The position numbers and the translations under genes were made by a program. 43,626 nucleotides of DNA. Origin: a virus. Location of the stretch: IMG/VR virus record IMGVR_UViG_3300050133_000045, positions 1-43,626 of that record. One strand, 5' to 3'. Shown in pieces: positions 7,422 through 16,390 of this stretch; the stretch's first letter is position 1; each line of letters opens with the position of its first letter. The notes under the pieces are model-generated. The model searched no databases. It was not told the DNA's origin and saw only the letters and a list, made by a program, of their open reading frames with translations.

Positions 7422-8438
7422 ATGCGAAAGCAAATAAAGCGGGAGAATGGGACAGGCTCTGTATATAAGCGTTCTGACCTGCATAACCGCCCGTGGATAG
7501 CTGTAACGCCGGAAAGGGATAATGTACCGGCTCAAATTATAGGCCACTATGCAACCGCGCAGGAGGCTAAGGACGCACTTGAAGATTACCGCCGCAATCC
7601 CACAACGAAATTAAATATCACTTTAAAAGAATTGTATGAGGAATGGAAAACAATAGCTTATAGAAATATCTCAAAACAGACACAAGATAACTATAATGCG
7701 TGTTGGCAAAAACTCACGACATTATATGATAATAAGTTTAGGGAGTTGAGAACCGGACAGATGCAAAAAATTATTGACCTATACTCTCACATGTCAAGCA
7801 GCACTCTCCAAAAGACAAAATCTTTGTTGACACAACTTTTTGACTATGCCTCTGAAAATGATATTGTAAATAAAAATTACGCTTCATTTATAACCCTGCC
7901 AAAAACCATAAAAATAAAAAAAGACTGCTTCACCGAATTGGAATTATCCAAAATCGAGAAAGCAGTCGTTCCTTATGCGGATGTTATATTAATGATGTGC
8001 TATACAGGTTTTAGGGTGAGCGAATTTTTGGAACTTACACCGTTCAACTACAGCCGAGAGAATAACGCCCTCACAGGTGGCAAAAAGACCGAGGCGGGAA
8101 AGAATAGGGTTGTGCCCGTTCATCCCAAAATAGAACGGATTCTAATGGGCTGGCTGGCACGTGGAGGGCAAACAATAGTATGCGATGAGAACGGAAAAGA
8201 AATGTCTGCCAATCATTTTAGATTGAAATGTTATTATCCGGCTTTGGCCTTAATCGGAGTGAGAAAATTGACCCCTCATGCAACACGTCACACTTTCGCA
8301 ACCAGACTTTCAGCAGGCGGGGCAAGGATGGAAGATATACAAGCACTCGCGGGGCATGAAAACTATGACGAAACCGCAAATACTTATATTCATCAAAACA
8401 TTGACACACTAAGAGCAGCTATTTTAAAATTATCTTAA
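7422..8438 (+). CDS. int: tyrosine recombinase (phage integrase) with an AP2-like N-terminal arm-binding domain
   Basis: 338 aa. Catalytic region: ...TGFRVSE...HATRHTFATRL...LAGHENYDETANTYIH (R..H-x-x-R..Y). N-terminus GSVYKRSD...WIAV...GHYATAQEAKDAL resembles the integrase AP2-type domain. Confidence 0.9.
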   Translation: MRKQIKRENGTGSVYKRSDLHNRPWIAVTPERDNVPAQIIGHYATAQEAKDALEDYRRNPTTKLNITLKELYEEWKTIAYRNISKQTQDNYNACWQKLTTLYDNKFRELRTGQMQKIIDLYSHMSSSTLQKTKSLLTQLFDYASENDIVNKNYASFITLPKTIKIKKDCFTELELSKIEKAVVPYADVILMMCYTGFRVSEFLELTPFNYSRENNALTGGKKTEAGKNRVVPVHPKIERILMGWLARGGQTIVCDENGKEMSANHFRLKCYYPALALIGVRKLTPHATRHTFATRLSAGGARMEDIQALAGHENYDETANTYIHQNIDTLRAAILKLS

Positions 8439-8443
8439 AATTC

Positions 8444-8670
8444 GTTACTACGGGGTTACTACAGAGTACCCGAAAAACCGCGTAGGTAGGACATTGTTGC
8501 TTGAAACAATATCAAAACTAACTTAACAAAACCCTTATCAATCAGGCCAAAAATAATAGCTTGCAGGTGGCTTATCTAAGCCGTTTGTAGGCTATTATTA
8601 TTTTTATATGATTGTCTTAAATTAGAGCGGGTTTGAACCAATTAGAGAGCGGTTACTACGGGGTTACTAC
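8444..8670 (+). repeat. attP region: two perfect 19-bp direct repeats GTTACTACGGGGTTACTAC (putative integrase arm-type sites)
   Basis: Copies at 8444..8462 and 8652..8670, each a tandem of GTTACTAC. Between them lie the inverted repeats ATTGTT-N6-AACAAT (8493..8510) and AATAATAGC...GCTATTATT (8552..8599). Confidence 0.6.
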
Positions 8671-8695
8671 GGATTTTTCATTATTCTACAAAATA

Positions 8696-8724
8696 TTGTT
8701 ATATAGAATATTTTATGCTATAAT
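8696..8724 (+). promoter_or_regulatory. sigma70-like promoter for the small hydrophobic ORF
   Basis: TTGTTA (8696..8701)-17 nt-TATAAT (8719..8724), with TGc extended -10. Confidence 0.55.
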
Positions 8725-8818
8725 TTGCATGCGGTAGGAATTGCATGGATGACTTCTAAACATTATATGACGGCTGATTGTTGCACGGCCTGAATACGAT
8801 GTGAAAGGAGGAAAGGGT

Positions 8819-8974
8819 ATGCAAGAAGCTATGTTTTACATAGTGGTTCTTATTGTTTGCTATTCGGTGTTTGTTGAAGAGACTGTAAAGTTTAGAAACA
8901 GCACACGTAAACAAAAAGAAAGAACGACAGCCCCCAACAAGACCTGTCGTTCCATCCGCAGAAGAAGGGGTTAA
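8819..8974 (+). CDS. 51-aa hydrophobic/basic peptide (type I toxin-like or small membrane moron; below the ORF-track cutoff)
   Basis: RBS AAAGGAGGAAAGGG then ATG. Translation: MQEAMFYIVVLIVCYSVFVEETVKFRNSTRKQKERTTAPNKTCRSIRRRRG. The stop is embedded in a terminator hairpin. Confidence 0.5.
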   Translation: MQEAMFYIVVLIVCYSVFVEETVKFRNSTRKQKERTTAPNKTCRSIRRRRG

Positions 8975-8988
8975 TCCCCTTCTTTTTT
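8964..8988 (+). terminator. intrinsic terminator
   Basis: GAAGGGG-ttaat-CCCCTTC is followed by TTTTTT. Confidence 0.75.
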
Positions 8989-9147
8989 AATTGTCATGCC
9001 TTAGTATGCTTATATACTATATCCCTTTAGCTAAATTGTCAATAGAAAAAGCATAAATATTTAGGGCTGAATTTTAAATGCTTTTAAAATATCTCTTTAC
9101 AAATAAAAACATTGTATTATACTGTAATGGAGAAAGAGGGAAATTTT

Positions 9148-9861
9148 ATGAACAAGAAAATATTAATAGCTGCCGGAGCTATAGTAATTTCGTCCGCTAT
9201 CGGTTTAACGATCGCAATGAGAGCGTCAGGCGCGACCGCAACAGTAAGCAAACCGACATACGCGATAAACGAAGTATTAGATACATCAAGTGTTTCGAGT
9301 GAAGTGTCGAGCGCAGTGTCTTCAGCCGTTTCGTCGGCGGTGTCAAGTGAGACGTCATCTTCTTCCTCGTCTGCTGATGTGATTGATAATACGGATGTAC
9401 GTAACGCGGCGCTTGACGCAGAGAACACGAGACATCAGAACGTCTTGAATGATATTGATAATCAGTATGCCCCGCAGAACACGGACTTACAAAACAAAGT
9501 CGATGTGTTTAAAGCAGAGAACGCAAGAGATACAACGGCTGAAATAGCAAAATTACAAAGCGATTACGATACGGCTAAACTCAATTATCACAATTATTTA
9601 GTGTATCATCAGATTTCATATCCTCGTAGCAACTGCGGATTTGATGAATTTGAGTTTTCTGGTTTCAACAGTATGAATACCGCGCAGTATTTATTAACAA
9701 CTCAGACTCCCATTCTTGAACAGTTAAAATTAGATTATGGCACAATGCAGAGTGATATTTCGTCTTTGTCATATGCAAATTCCTTGAAAACTGTTGAAGT
9801 GTCAAACGAGAATTCGTACCATTTAGGAAAGACAACTTCGATTTATACGTTTTTGCCTTAA
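9148..9861 (+). CDS. secreted or membrane-anchored protein with a Ser-rich low-complexity tract (moron)
   Basis: ATG at 9148 follows a GGAGAAAGAGGG RBS. N-terminal signal/anchor MNKKILIAAGAIVISSAIGLTIA. Ser-rich tract SSVSSEVSSAVSSAVSSAVSSETSSSSSS. Promoter-like TTTACA (9096)-16-TATACT (9118). Confidence 0.65.
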   Translation: MNKKILIAAGAIVISSAIGLTIAMRASGATATVSKPTYAINEVLDTSSVSSEVSSAVSSAVSSAVSSETSSSSSSADVIDNTDVRNAALDAENTRHQNVLNDIDNQYAPQNTDLQNKVDVFKAENARDTTAEIAKLQSDYDTAKLNYHNYLVYHQISYPRSNCGFDEFEFSGFNSMNTAQYLLTTQTPILEQLKLDYGTMQSDISSLSYANSLKTVEVSNENSYHLGKTTSIYTFLP

Positions 9862-9876
9862 AAATAAGTAGCACAA

Positions 9877-9901
9877 AGCCCCCAATTAAGGGGGCTTTTC
9901 T
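9877..9901. terminator. bidirectional intrinsic terminator between convergent genes
   Basis: AGCCCCC-aattaa-GGGGGCT, flanked by an A-run upstream and a T-run downstream. Confidence 0.75.
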
Positions 9902-10339
9902 TTATCCCTGCGCTACTGCGGCCACTTTATTACTCGGAGGCAGGAACAGCCCTACTGTCAGGTCAATAACCGAACTTATAACTTTCGCCTCGGCATCTGT
10001 CGGGGCAATATTTAACTTTGCCAATCCCCATGATACGGCTGTAGTTGCAAATGCTTTCCGACTGCCCGTAGTGAGCTGCCCATTCTTCCACGCCGTCTCT
10101 GCCATTGTGACGGCATCCCCTAAAAGCCTTGTAATTGATATCGCTTTTGATTTATACGGCTCGGGCAGTTTGTTTTCTATGTACCCGACGACTGGCACAA
10201 GCAAAGGTGAAAGAGTATCAATCTCCTTGACCACGTTGTCAATATTGCCCGCTTTTTTAGAGCCTTTGAAATAGCCTATCGCGTAAACTAACACGACCAC
10301 AATAACTGTGACTGCGCCGATGATTAAATAAGCATACAT
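9902..10339 (-). CDS. putative holin (N-terminal TM, LL-H-like architecture)
   Basis: 145 aa. N-terminal TM YAYLIIGAVTVIVVVLVYAI. It is the last gene of the lysis cassette, with an AAAGGAGGAAG RBS. Confidence 0.55.
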   Translation of the reverse strand: MYAYLIIGAVTVIVVVLVYAIGYFKGSKKAGNIDNVVKEIDTLSPLLVPVVGYIENKLPEPYKSKAISITRLLGDAVTMAETAWKNGQLTTGSRKAFATTAVSWGLAKLNIAPTDAEAKVISSVIDLTVGLFLPPSNKVAAVAQG

Positions 10340-10368
10340 TTATTTCTTCCTCCTTTAAATTTTATTTT

Positions 10369-10734
10369 TTAGCGTAAAACTGCCATAGTTGCCAATATAC
10401 CGCATGCCGTAGTCAAAATTGCTATAATTGCTGCCACTGCCCAAGACGGGCGACCTTTTGATATTTCGTTAAGCTGGGTAAATATCTCTTTAAATGTCGT
10501 GTCTAACTTGTCCATTCTTTTGCCGATTTCAACCTCAAAACTCGTCTGCTGATTTTTGATCGTGACCATTTCGGCTTTTAGCAATGCAATGTCAAGACAA
10601 ATTGTGTTGTTTTCTTTTGCCATTACCGCGGCGGCTGCTGATGCCGCTTCTGCTACAGCTTTCGCCGCCGCCGTGGCTGCAGATACAATAATATTAGCAG
10701 TGATCTGCTCCTGTGTGCCATTTTCCGGCTCCAT
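10369..10734 (-). CDS. XhlA-like lysis-associated membrane protein
   Basis: 121 aa with a coiled-coil middle and a C-terminal TM (WAVAAIIAILTTACGILATMAVL), located between endolysin and holin. Confidence 0.5.
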   Translation of the reverse strand: MEPENGTQEQITANIIVSAATAAAKAVAEAASAAAAVMAKENNTICLDIALLKAEMVTIKNQQTSFEVEIGKRMDKLDTTFKEIFTQLNEISKGRPSWAVAAIIAILTTACGILATMAVLR

Positions 10735-10746
10735 ATGCCATTCCCC

Positions 10747-11772
10747 CTATCCGATTAATTTTGTCCATGATAGATTTCCAAATAGGCCATCAACTGCAAG
10801 ACCGTTTGAAGATTGAAATGTTTTTGCTGCGGAGAGTGTTAGAACTCCGAATATACCATCAATTTTAAGCCCAAAACGATATTGTAAATATCTGACTGCT
10901 ACCCCTGTAGAGCCTTGTTTAATCAAAGGTTTACTAACAATGGCCTGATACGCCGCTTCGCACTGCGGCCCCCATGCGCCATCTTGACCAATTCCGGCGA
11001 TCTGCTCAAACTTTGTGACTGCCGAGCGGGTAATGGGGCCGAATATGCCGTCCGTGGTGAGAGAGGTTATTCTAAGCCGGTTTATCTTCTGCTGTACGAC
11101 TAATGTGTAGGGGTCTCCTGCGGGTTTAGGGGCAGGAGGTGTAACTATCACAGGCGCTGGGGTCGGGGCTTGTACGGGTGTTGTGGGGGTCTGTACAGCC
11201 AAGACGGATGATGTAAAAACATTAAGGTCAGGGTTCTCCTGATGCTGCCAACCTATCCAGTTAGAAAAGTGTTTCACGTCTGCTGGTTCCGGCACTCCGT
11301 AATGTGCTATCCATAAGGGATAATCAGAAACTGTGTCGTCGTAATAACCGTCAATGAATGAGGGATTTGCGTATTGCATTGCCCCGCCTTTTGCGACCTT
11401 GACTGCATTGAGAAACTGTTTGGCCTTTGCCATGATATCAGGGGGAACCGTAGCGTTGTTGGTTTTGTCGATTTCAACGTCAAGAGTGGGCAGATAGTCA
11501 AAACTATATGGTGCAATAGCCTCTAAGAAGTCTTTAATCTGCTCGTTAATGTCGGTTTTAAAACTGAAATAGTGATAGAAACCGATATGTAGCCCTGCCG
11601 CCTTTGCACCCTTAACATTAGTGTCAAGCGCAGGGTCAATATAATCGACTCCTTGCGTTGCCTTGATGATAACGCCGTCATACCCCTGAGACTTGAGAGC
11701 CGCGAAGTCTAAGTTTTCATCATGATGTGAAATATCCCTGATTTTGAGATTTGCCGTGTTGTTGCTTTTCAA
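10747..11772 (-). CDS. endolysin: GH25 muramidase plus two PG_binding_1-type domains
   Basis: TTG start at 11772 after an AAGGAGG RBS. GH25 motif DISHHDENLDFAALKSQGYDGVIIKATQG...GFYHYF, then a Pro/Thr linker. Two ...DGIFGP.T..A+..FQ... repeats follow. Confidence 0.85.
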   Translation of the reverse strand: MKSNNTANLKIRDISHHDENLDFAALKSQGYDGVIIKATQGVDYIDPALDTNVKGAKAAGLHIGFYHYFSFKTDINEQIKDFLEAIAPYSFDYLPTLDVEIDKTNNATVPPDIMAKAKQFLNAVKVAKGGAMQYANPSFIDGYYDDTVSDYPLWIAHYGVPEPADVKHFSNWIGWQHQENPDLNVFTSSVLAVQTPTTPVQAPTPAPVIVTPPAPKPAGDPYTLVVQQKINRLRITSLTTDGIFGPITRSAVTKFEQIAGIGQDGAWGPQCEAAYQAIVSKPLIKQGSTGVAVRYLQYRFGLKIDGIFGVLTLSAAKTFQSSNGLAVDGLFGNLSWTKLIG

Positions 11773-11784
11773 TAAAATTCCTCC

Positions 11785-14700
11785 TTATGGTTGTAATCCG
11801 TATTTTGCTAATTCTGCTGATAAAGTTTGCTGCGCTTGTGGCGATAATGAGGCAAAAAGCTTTTGACGGTTTGTTGCGCTCATTCCCTCATACTTTGAAA
11901 CAACATCTGAATACTGTTGAGATTTGAGACTATTTTGAGCATCTGTAATAGTTGATTTTGCTTGACTTGCCGTTATGCCGAATTTCTGCTCAAGTTGGAC
12001 TGCTCCGATATTTCCACCTTTCTGCAATACCGCACCGGCGTATTGTTTTGCTGCCGTTGAGTTTGCCGTGGCTGCAGTTTTAAATGCCCCTATCTTATTT
12101 GTGATATCCTGCGCCGCCCTTGTTTTCGGATTTACGCTGTTTATGATAGTGTTCAACCAGTTCCCAGCATAAGCCTTTTGAGGATTTGCGAATACGCCTG
12201 CTTTCTGCGTCTGATCTGCTGAGTAACTGCCTAATCCTGTGCCGATAAGAGCCGCACCTAAAGGAGTTTTAGCGGCGTTTCTGTCCTTTGCATAATTCAA
12301 AAGGCCTGTCGCGCCAAAAGGCAGTGGCAACATATTCTGACCGGCAAAACTTGCCACGTTTCCAGTTGTTTTCAATAGATTGCCTTTAGCATCTGTCAGA
12401 CTTCTTCCGTAGTAGTCCTTGTTTGAAGCAATCCCTAAAATAGTTCTTGAGGGAGCATTTAATTTGCTTAAAGCAAATTGAGGGATGCCCTGCGAGCCGC
12501 TTTTGGTAATATCGCCTGTAAGAGTGGCAACATCTTTCATTGCTCCTGAAAGCGGTGTAATATAGGTATTGGGAGCCATTTCGACATTCAATTCATGCCC
12601 TTTGGGGTTTTGCCATGTGCCATGACCTGTAAAGGCGTAATTCAGACCCTCCAACATGGCCGCACCAAGCGCAACATTTCTTACCCAAAACGCTCTGGCC
12701 ATTGAAGCACCGGGGGAATGGTTTAAGGGATTTAGTGCCTGCCTTAACAAATCAGCATTTGAAGTAGTCCAATCGGGGGCAAGCATTGTCATTTTCATGA
12801 CACCAAGCAACTGGCGTGGTATTCTTAAACTCTTCCAATTTAAACCGCCGTAGTTCCCGTTGATTTCACGGTTGATACTTCTCTTAGCCATTGTTATTTC
12901 ATAGTCTGTCGCATTGGGGTTTTTGCCTAACCACTCCGCAACGTCTGTTGCATACGCATTACCTTTTAAAAAGGTTTGAGTTACTTCAAATAACGCTTGG
13001 TTGTTCGCGTTCGATAGTTGAGCAACCTGTTTTAATCCCGGGAGTTCTCCGGCTTTATCGAGCAACTTTCCCGCAGGCGAAAGCGAATCCTTATTTAATT
13101 TCATTAAAGTATCAACATTGCCTTGAATTTGGGAATACATGCCGCCATTTTTAATGGAATCTTCAATGTTTGCCTGCCATTCGGGGCTTTTCATAAATTC
13201 AACAATATGCGGTAATTTTGCTACAAGGTCTGTGAGTGATGAAAAGTCCCCGTTATTTACTGCCGCAATACCAAGATTTTTATAATGGAATAATGAAAGT
13301 CCGAGGTTGACAGCTTTAATTTTAGATGCTATATCAGTCCACGTTTTACCTCCGTACCCTTTCCCGTAATCGGGGTTTAATATCGGGTCAAGGGCGTTTG
13401 CAAGTTTAATAGGAAGTTGAATTTTAAGCCCGTCCTGCGTTTTGCCTATCTCTTTAAATCCATCAAATACTCGATTGTTGGCAGTAGCAATGTTTTCTTT
13501 AACCATGTTGTTAAGTACACCCTGCGTGGCATTAGCATGAGCCTGATCGTTGCCTGTTTTTTCAACAAGATTTGCAATGTCAAGTGTTTTAGGATTTTCA
13601 CCGTGCATGACCGCCGTGGCATAGTCCTTATAAACTCGTTCAGCGGAATTATTTATGCCCGTACCTCCCCCATTCTTAAGAGTTATACGGCTTTGAAGCG
13701 CCGTTTGACGGTTTGCTTCAAGATTTGCATCATTAATACTGCTTATATCCGGTTGGTTATAATCATGGACAAGATATTTATCAACTGTTCCGTCAATAGT
13801 ATGACGTGCCTTTGAGAGTGCGCCGACCTGAGTGGTAAAGTCTGTTGCGTTATTTGCGGCCTCTTTAGCGTTCCCGCTTAAATTCTGCGCGTTTGTAAGC
13901 AACTGGCGCATAGTTGTTTTTGTGCCGTCAACTTCAAGAGGACGGTCAAGATTTTTGATATTTTGAGGTATGCGTTCATTTAAAACCTTAAGTGATGCCT
14001 GAGTGTCTTTAATGTTTTTCATATTGGTCTTATACTCAACCGACATTTTGGGCGCTTTCGCCGTATCGCTGTTTTTTAACCGGTTTATAAGGTTCTCCCC
14101 ATCGGTAATAAAAGCATCTTTGCCTTGCAATCTGTCGTTGATTTCCTGCGGTGTAAGTTCTGCGGCAACTGTAGCCGCTTGCCTGTCCTCGACATTGTTC
14201 ACGTTGCCCCTGATATTATCCGCAAGTTTATTAGTTCTGGATCTGTTTAAGTTTTCCTCGTTTACTGCCGTGTCGATTATGCCCTGTGTGTTTGCGCTTC
14301 TATTGACATAATTGCCAAGTTTGCTTGAAGTATCAGTGGGACGGGTTTCTTTTGACAAATCCATACCACTGTCATAAACGTATTGCTTAGTCGGTGCCGC
14401 TTTTATCGGTTCGTGATTTATTAATTCCCCTGTATCATTAAAAGAGAGTTTGGGACGGACTGAGGTTGTGCTTTCGCCAAGTTTAGGCGGTAATAACCTG
14501 TACGCATTGGCAACGGCTTTATTCTCGGTTTGCTGTGCCGCACTGTTGCTGATTGCTCTGCCTATAGCCGGAATTCCGAAGGAAAATGCGACATTTCCGG
14601 CGGTCTGCAAGGCTAAATTTTTAACAATCTGACTTTTTGTTTCCCCCGCATCGATGCCGTTGTTTATAGTCCCTGGAGTTTGCAAAGCGGTGTTGAATAA

Positions 14701-15309
14701 TGTATTTGTCACGCCTTGCCTAACAATAGGATTGCTGATTACTTTTGCTATGGGTGCGGCCTCGGATAATGCCTTTGCTACACCACCGGTAAGAGCCATC
14801 TGACCGATTAGTCCTGTTGCGCCGCCTATATTGCCAGGCGTAAATATACCCGTCTTGCTCGTATCGTTTATGCCAAACTTGCCGTTTTGAGCATTTTCAA
14901 ATTGTGTGCGGCGTGCGGCATTTTCGCTATCCATCCATTGAGTAGGAATGTAATTAAATAGTTGGTCAGCCACCCCCTGCGCAAAAGCTTCTGCTGGGTG
15001 TTTCTCATAATAAGCAACATCTGACTGATTAGCCCATTTTGAAGTGTCAACGGGCTTAAAACCTTTGGAAACCTTACCTATTGTTACTCTCGGAGTGGTA
15101 ACCTGCTGTTGCTGTTTCGCAAGTACATCTGATTGCTGTTTAGCAATCGCAGTCTGCTGTTGATAAGCCACCCGCTGTTTTGCCACATATGAGTTAAGGG
15201 CATCTGTTGCGTTCATGCGCGCAGAAGTTACTGGAGATAAAGCCTTATTTTGCGGCAAAGCGCCGTTTTGCTTTGACATGTATGAATTTAATGCGTCAAC
15301 TGCGTTCAT
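11785..15309 (-). CDS. large virion protein, 1174 aa (candidate internal/ejection or tail-associated protein)
   Basis: Long uninterrupted ORF at the distal end of the structural module. It has Gly-rich hydrophobic stretches (GNIGGATGLIGQMALTGGVAKAL). The N-terminal 14-aa motif is duplicated (MNAVDALNSYMSKQ / MNATDALNSYVAKQ). Confidence 0.5.
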   Translation of the reverse strand: MNAVDALNSYMSKQNGALPQNKALSPVTSARMNATDALNSYVAKQRVAYQQQTAIAKQQSDVLAKQQQQVTTPRVTIGKVSKGFKPVDTSKWANQSDVAYYEKHPAEAFAQGVADQLFNYIPTQWMDSENAARRTQFENAQNGKFGINDTSKTGIFTPGNIGGATGLIGQMALTGGVAKALSEAAPIAKVISNPIVRQGVTNTLFNTALQTPGTINNGIDAGETKSQIVKNLALQTAGNVAFSFGIPAIGRAISNSAAQQTENKAVANAYRLLPPKLGESTTSVRPKLSFNDTGELINHEPIKAAPTKQYVYDSGMDLSKETRPTDTSSKLGNYVNRSANTQGIIDTAVNEENLNRSRTNKLADNIRGNVNNVEDRQAATVAAELTPQEINDRLQGKDAFITDGENLINRLKNSDTAKAPKMSVEYKTNMKNIKDTQASLKVLNERIPQNIKNLDRPLEVDGTKTTMRQLLTNAQNLSGNAKEAANNATDFTTQVGALSKARHTIDGTVDKYLVHDYNQPDISSINDANLEANRQTALQSRITLKNGGGTGINNSAERVYKDYATAVMHGENPKTLDIANLVEKTGNDQAHANATQGVLNNMVKENIATANNRVFDGFKEIGKTQDGLKIQLPIKLANALDPILNPDYGKGYGGKTWTDIASKIKAVNLGLSLFHYKNLGIAAVNNGDFSSLTDLVAKLPHIVEFMKSPEWQANIEDSIKNGGMYSQIQGNVDTLMKLNKDSLSPAGKLLDKAGELPGLKQVAQLSNANNQALFEVTQTFLKGNAYATDVAEWLGKNPNATDYEITMAKRSINREINGNYGGLNWKSLRIPRQLLGVMKMTMLAPDWTTSNADLLRQALNPLNHSPGASMARAFWVRNVALGAAMLEGLNYAFTGHGTWQNPKGHELNVEMAPNTYITPLSGAMKDVATLTGDITKSGSQGIPQFALSKLNAPSRTILGIASNKDYYGRSLTDAKGNLLKTTGNVASFAGQNMLPLPFGATGLLNYAKDRNAAKTPLGAALIGTGLGSYSADQTQKAGVFANPQKAYAGNWLNTIINSVNPKTRAAQDITNKIGAFKTAATANSTAAKQYAGAVLQKGGNIGAVQLEQKFGITASQAKSTITDAQNSLKSQQYSDVVSKYEGMSATNRQKLFASLSPQAQQTLSAELAKYGLQP

Positions 15310-15313
15310 TTAA

Positions 15314-16378
15314 TCACCACCCGACAGATGCGTTTGGCGCGTTTGTTGAGTGATTTGAAAGCAAATTTTTTGCTGGTTGTGCTTGTGCCTTATTTGCTGC
15401 CGCCTGCGCTGCTGCCTGCGTAGTGTACCATCCATTAGTCTTACTCGCTTTATACCCAGCCGTTGAATAAGCGGAGTCATGAGCGGTTACGGTGCCGTTA
15501 GCGTTAGCCTGATACATGGTATGACTGGTATACCCGTTGTTAAGAGCGTTGGCGTAATCCGCAAGATTTGAGGTTGTATAGGCATTCCCGTTTTTGTCAA
15601 GCAAAACTTGATTATAAGAAATCCCACCCAATATAGCGTTTGCCGCTGCCGGGTCATTAGCGTATTGAGAACTTATATTCTGCATAAGGGGAAGCGGGTT
15701 ATTTGTTTTAAGTTGTCCGTTTGCCTGGAATTGTGTAATGGCCGTATTGATTTGAGGATTGGTTGATACTGCGGGAGTGGGAGTGCCACCCGAACCACTA
15801 TGATTGATCTCTGCCACAATCTGAGCGTTCTGCAACTCCGCCGCCTTTTCCTGCGCCGCCACCTGAGCCGCGTATTCCGCGCCCTGTTCTGTAGCAACAT
15901 TTTTCAACCTATCCTGATTATTTCCCGAAATCGCAGACCCGAGGTTGGTCATGCCCTGATCGTTTGTCTGATTTATGGCATTCAATATTGTCTGCAAGGC
16001 ATTGTTTTTACTCGTATCGGTAGAGGCATCCGCGGCCTGTTGTGCGTTGCCTACCAGAAGCTGATCTTCCTGCGCCATGCCGCCGTTATCTCCCCTATTG
16101 GCAGCCGCCTCCTGAACGTTTCTAAGAGCAAGAGCGGCCTGAGTAGCGTGGCTGTTATAGTCCGGCTGGTACTGCGCGGGTACAGCGGCCTGCTGAGTGC
16201 TGTAGGCGTTCAGACTGTCGCTTATTTTCTGTTTGAGCTGATTTAAAGTGTCCTGTAACCCACTACTGGCTTGCTGATTGATGGAATTGACCCCTGCGGA
16301 TGCGTTAGGGTCTACGTAATAATTCGGAGTGTACTGATTGATTGCTGAATTGATTGCATTTAAAGCCTGCTGAGCCAT
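15314..16378 (-). CDS. Q/N/A-rich virion-associated protein, 354 aa
   Basis: ORF with a GGAGG RBS, strongly Gln/Asn/Ala-biased. The N-terminus MAQQALNAINSAINQ resembles the motif at the start of the 1174-aa protein. Confidence 0.5.
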   Translation of the reverse strand: MAQQALNAINSAINQYTPNYYVDPNASAGVNSINQQASSGLQDTLNQLKQKISDSLNAYSTQQAAVPAQYQPDYNSHATQAALALRNVQEAAANRGDNGGMAQEDQLLVGNAQQAADASTDTSKNNALQTILNAINQTNDQGMTNLGSAISGNNQDRLKNVATEQGAEYAAQVAAQEKAAELQNAQIVAEINHSGSGGTPTPAVSTNPQINTAITQFQANGQLKTNNPLPLMQNISSQYANDPAAANAILGGISYNQVLLDKNGNAYTTSNLADYANALNNGYTSHTMYQANANGTVTAHDSAYSTAGYKASKTNGWYTTQAAAQAAANKAQAQPAKNLLSNHSTNAPNASVGW

Positions 16379-16390
16379 GTTAAGACCTCC

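Noticed and set aside
7014-7547. 177-aa minus-strand ORF overlapping the SHOCT-like gene and the integrase start
   Set aside because: It is antisense to two supported plus-strand genes. It is Ser/Phe/Ile-rich with no RBS, consistent with an AT-rich region artefact.
11785-15309. Calling the 1174-aa protein a tape-measure protein
   Set aside because: Size and Gly-rich hydrophobic segments fit. However, there are no tail tube or chaperone genes before it and no distal-tail or baseplate genes after it. It is followed directly by the endolysin, so it is left as a generic virion or ejection protein.
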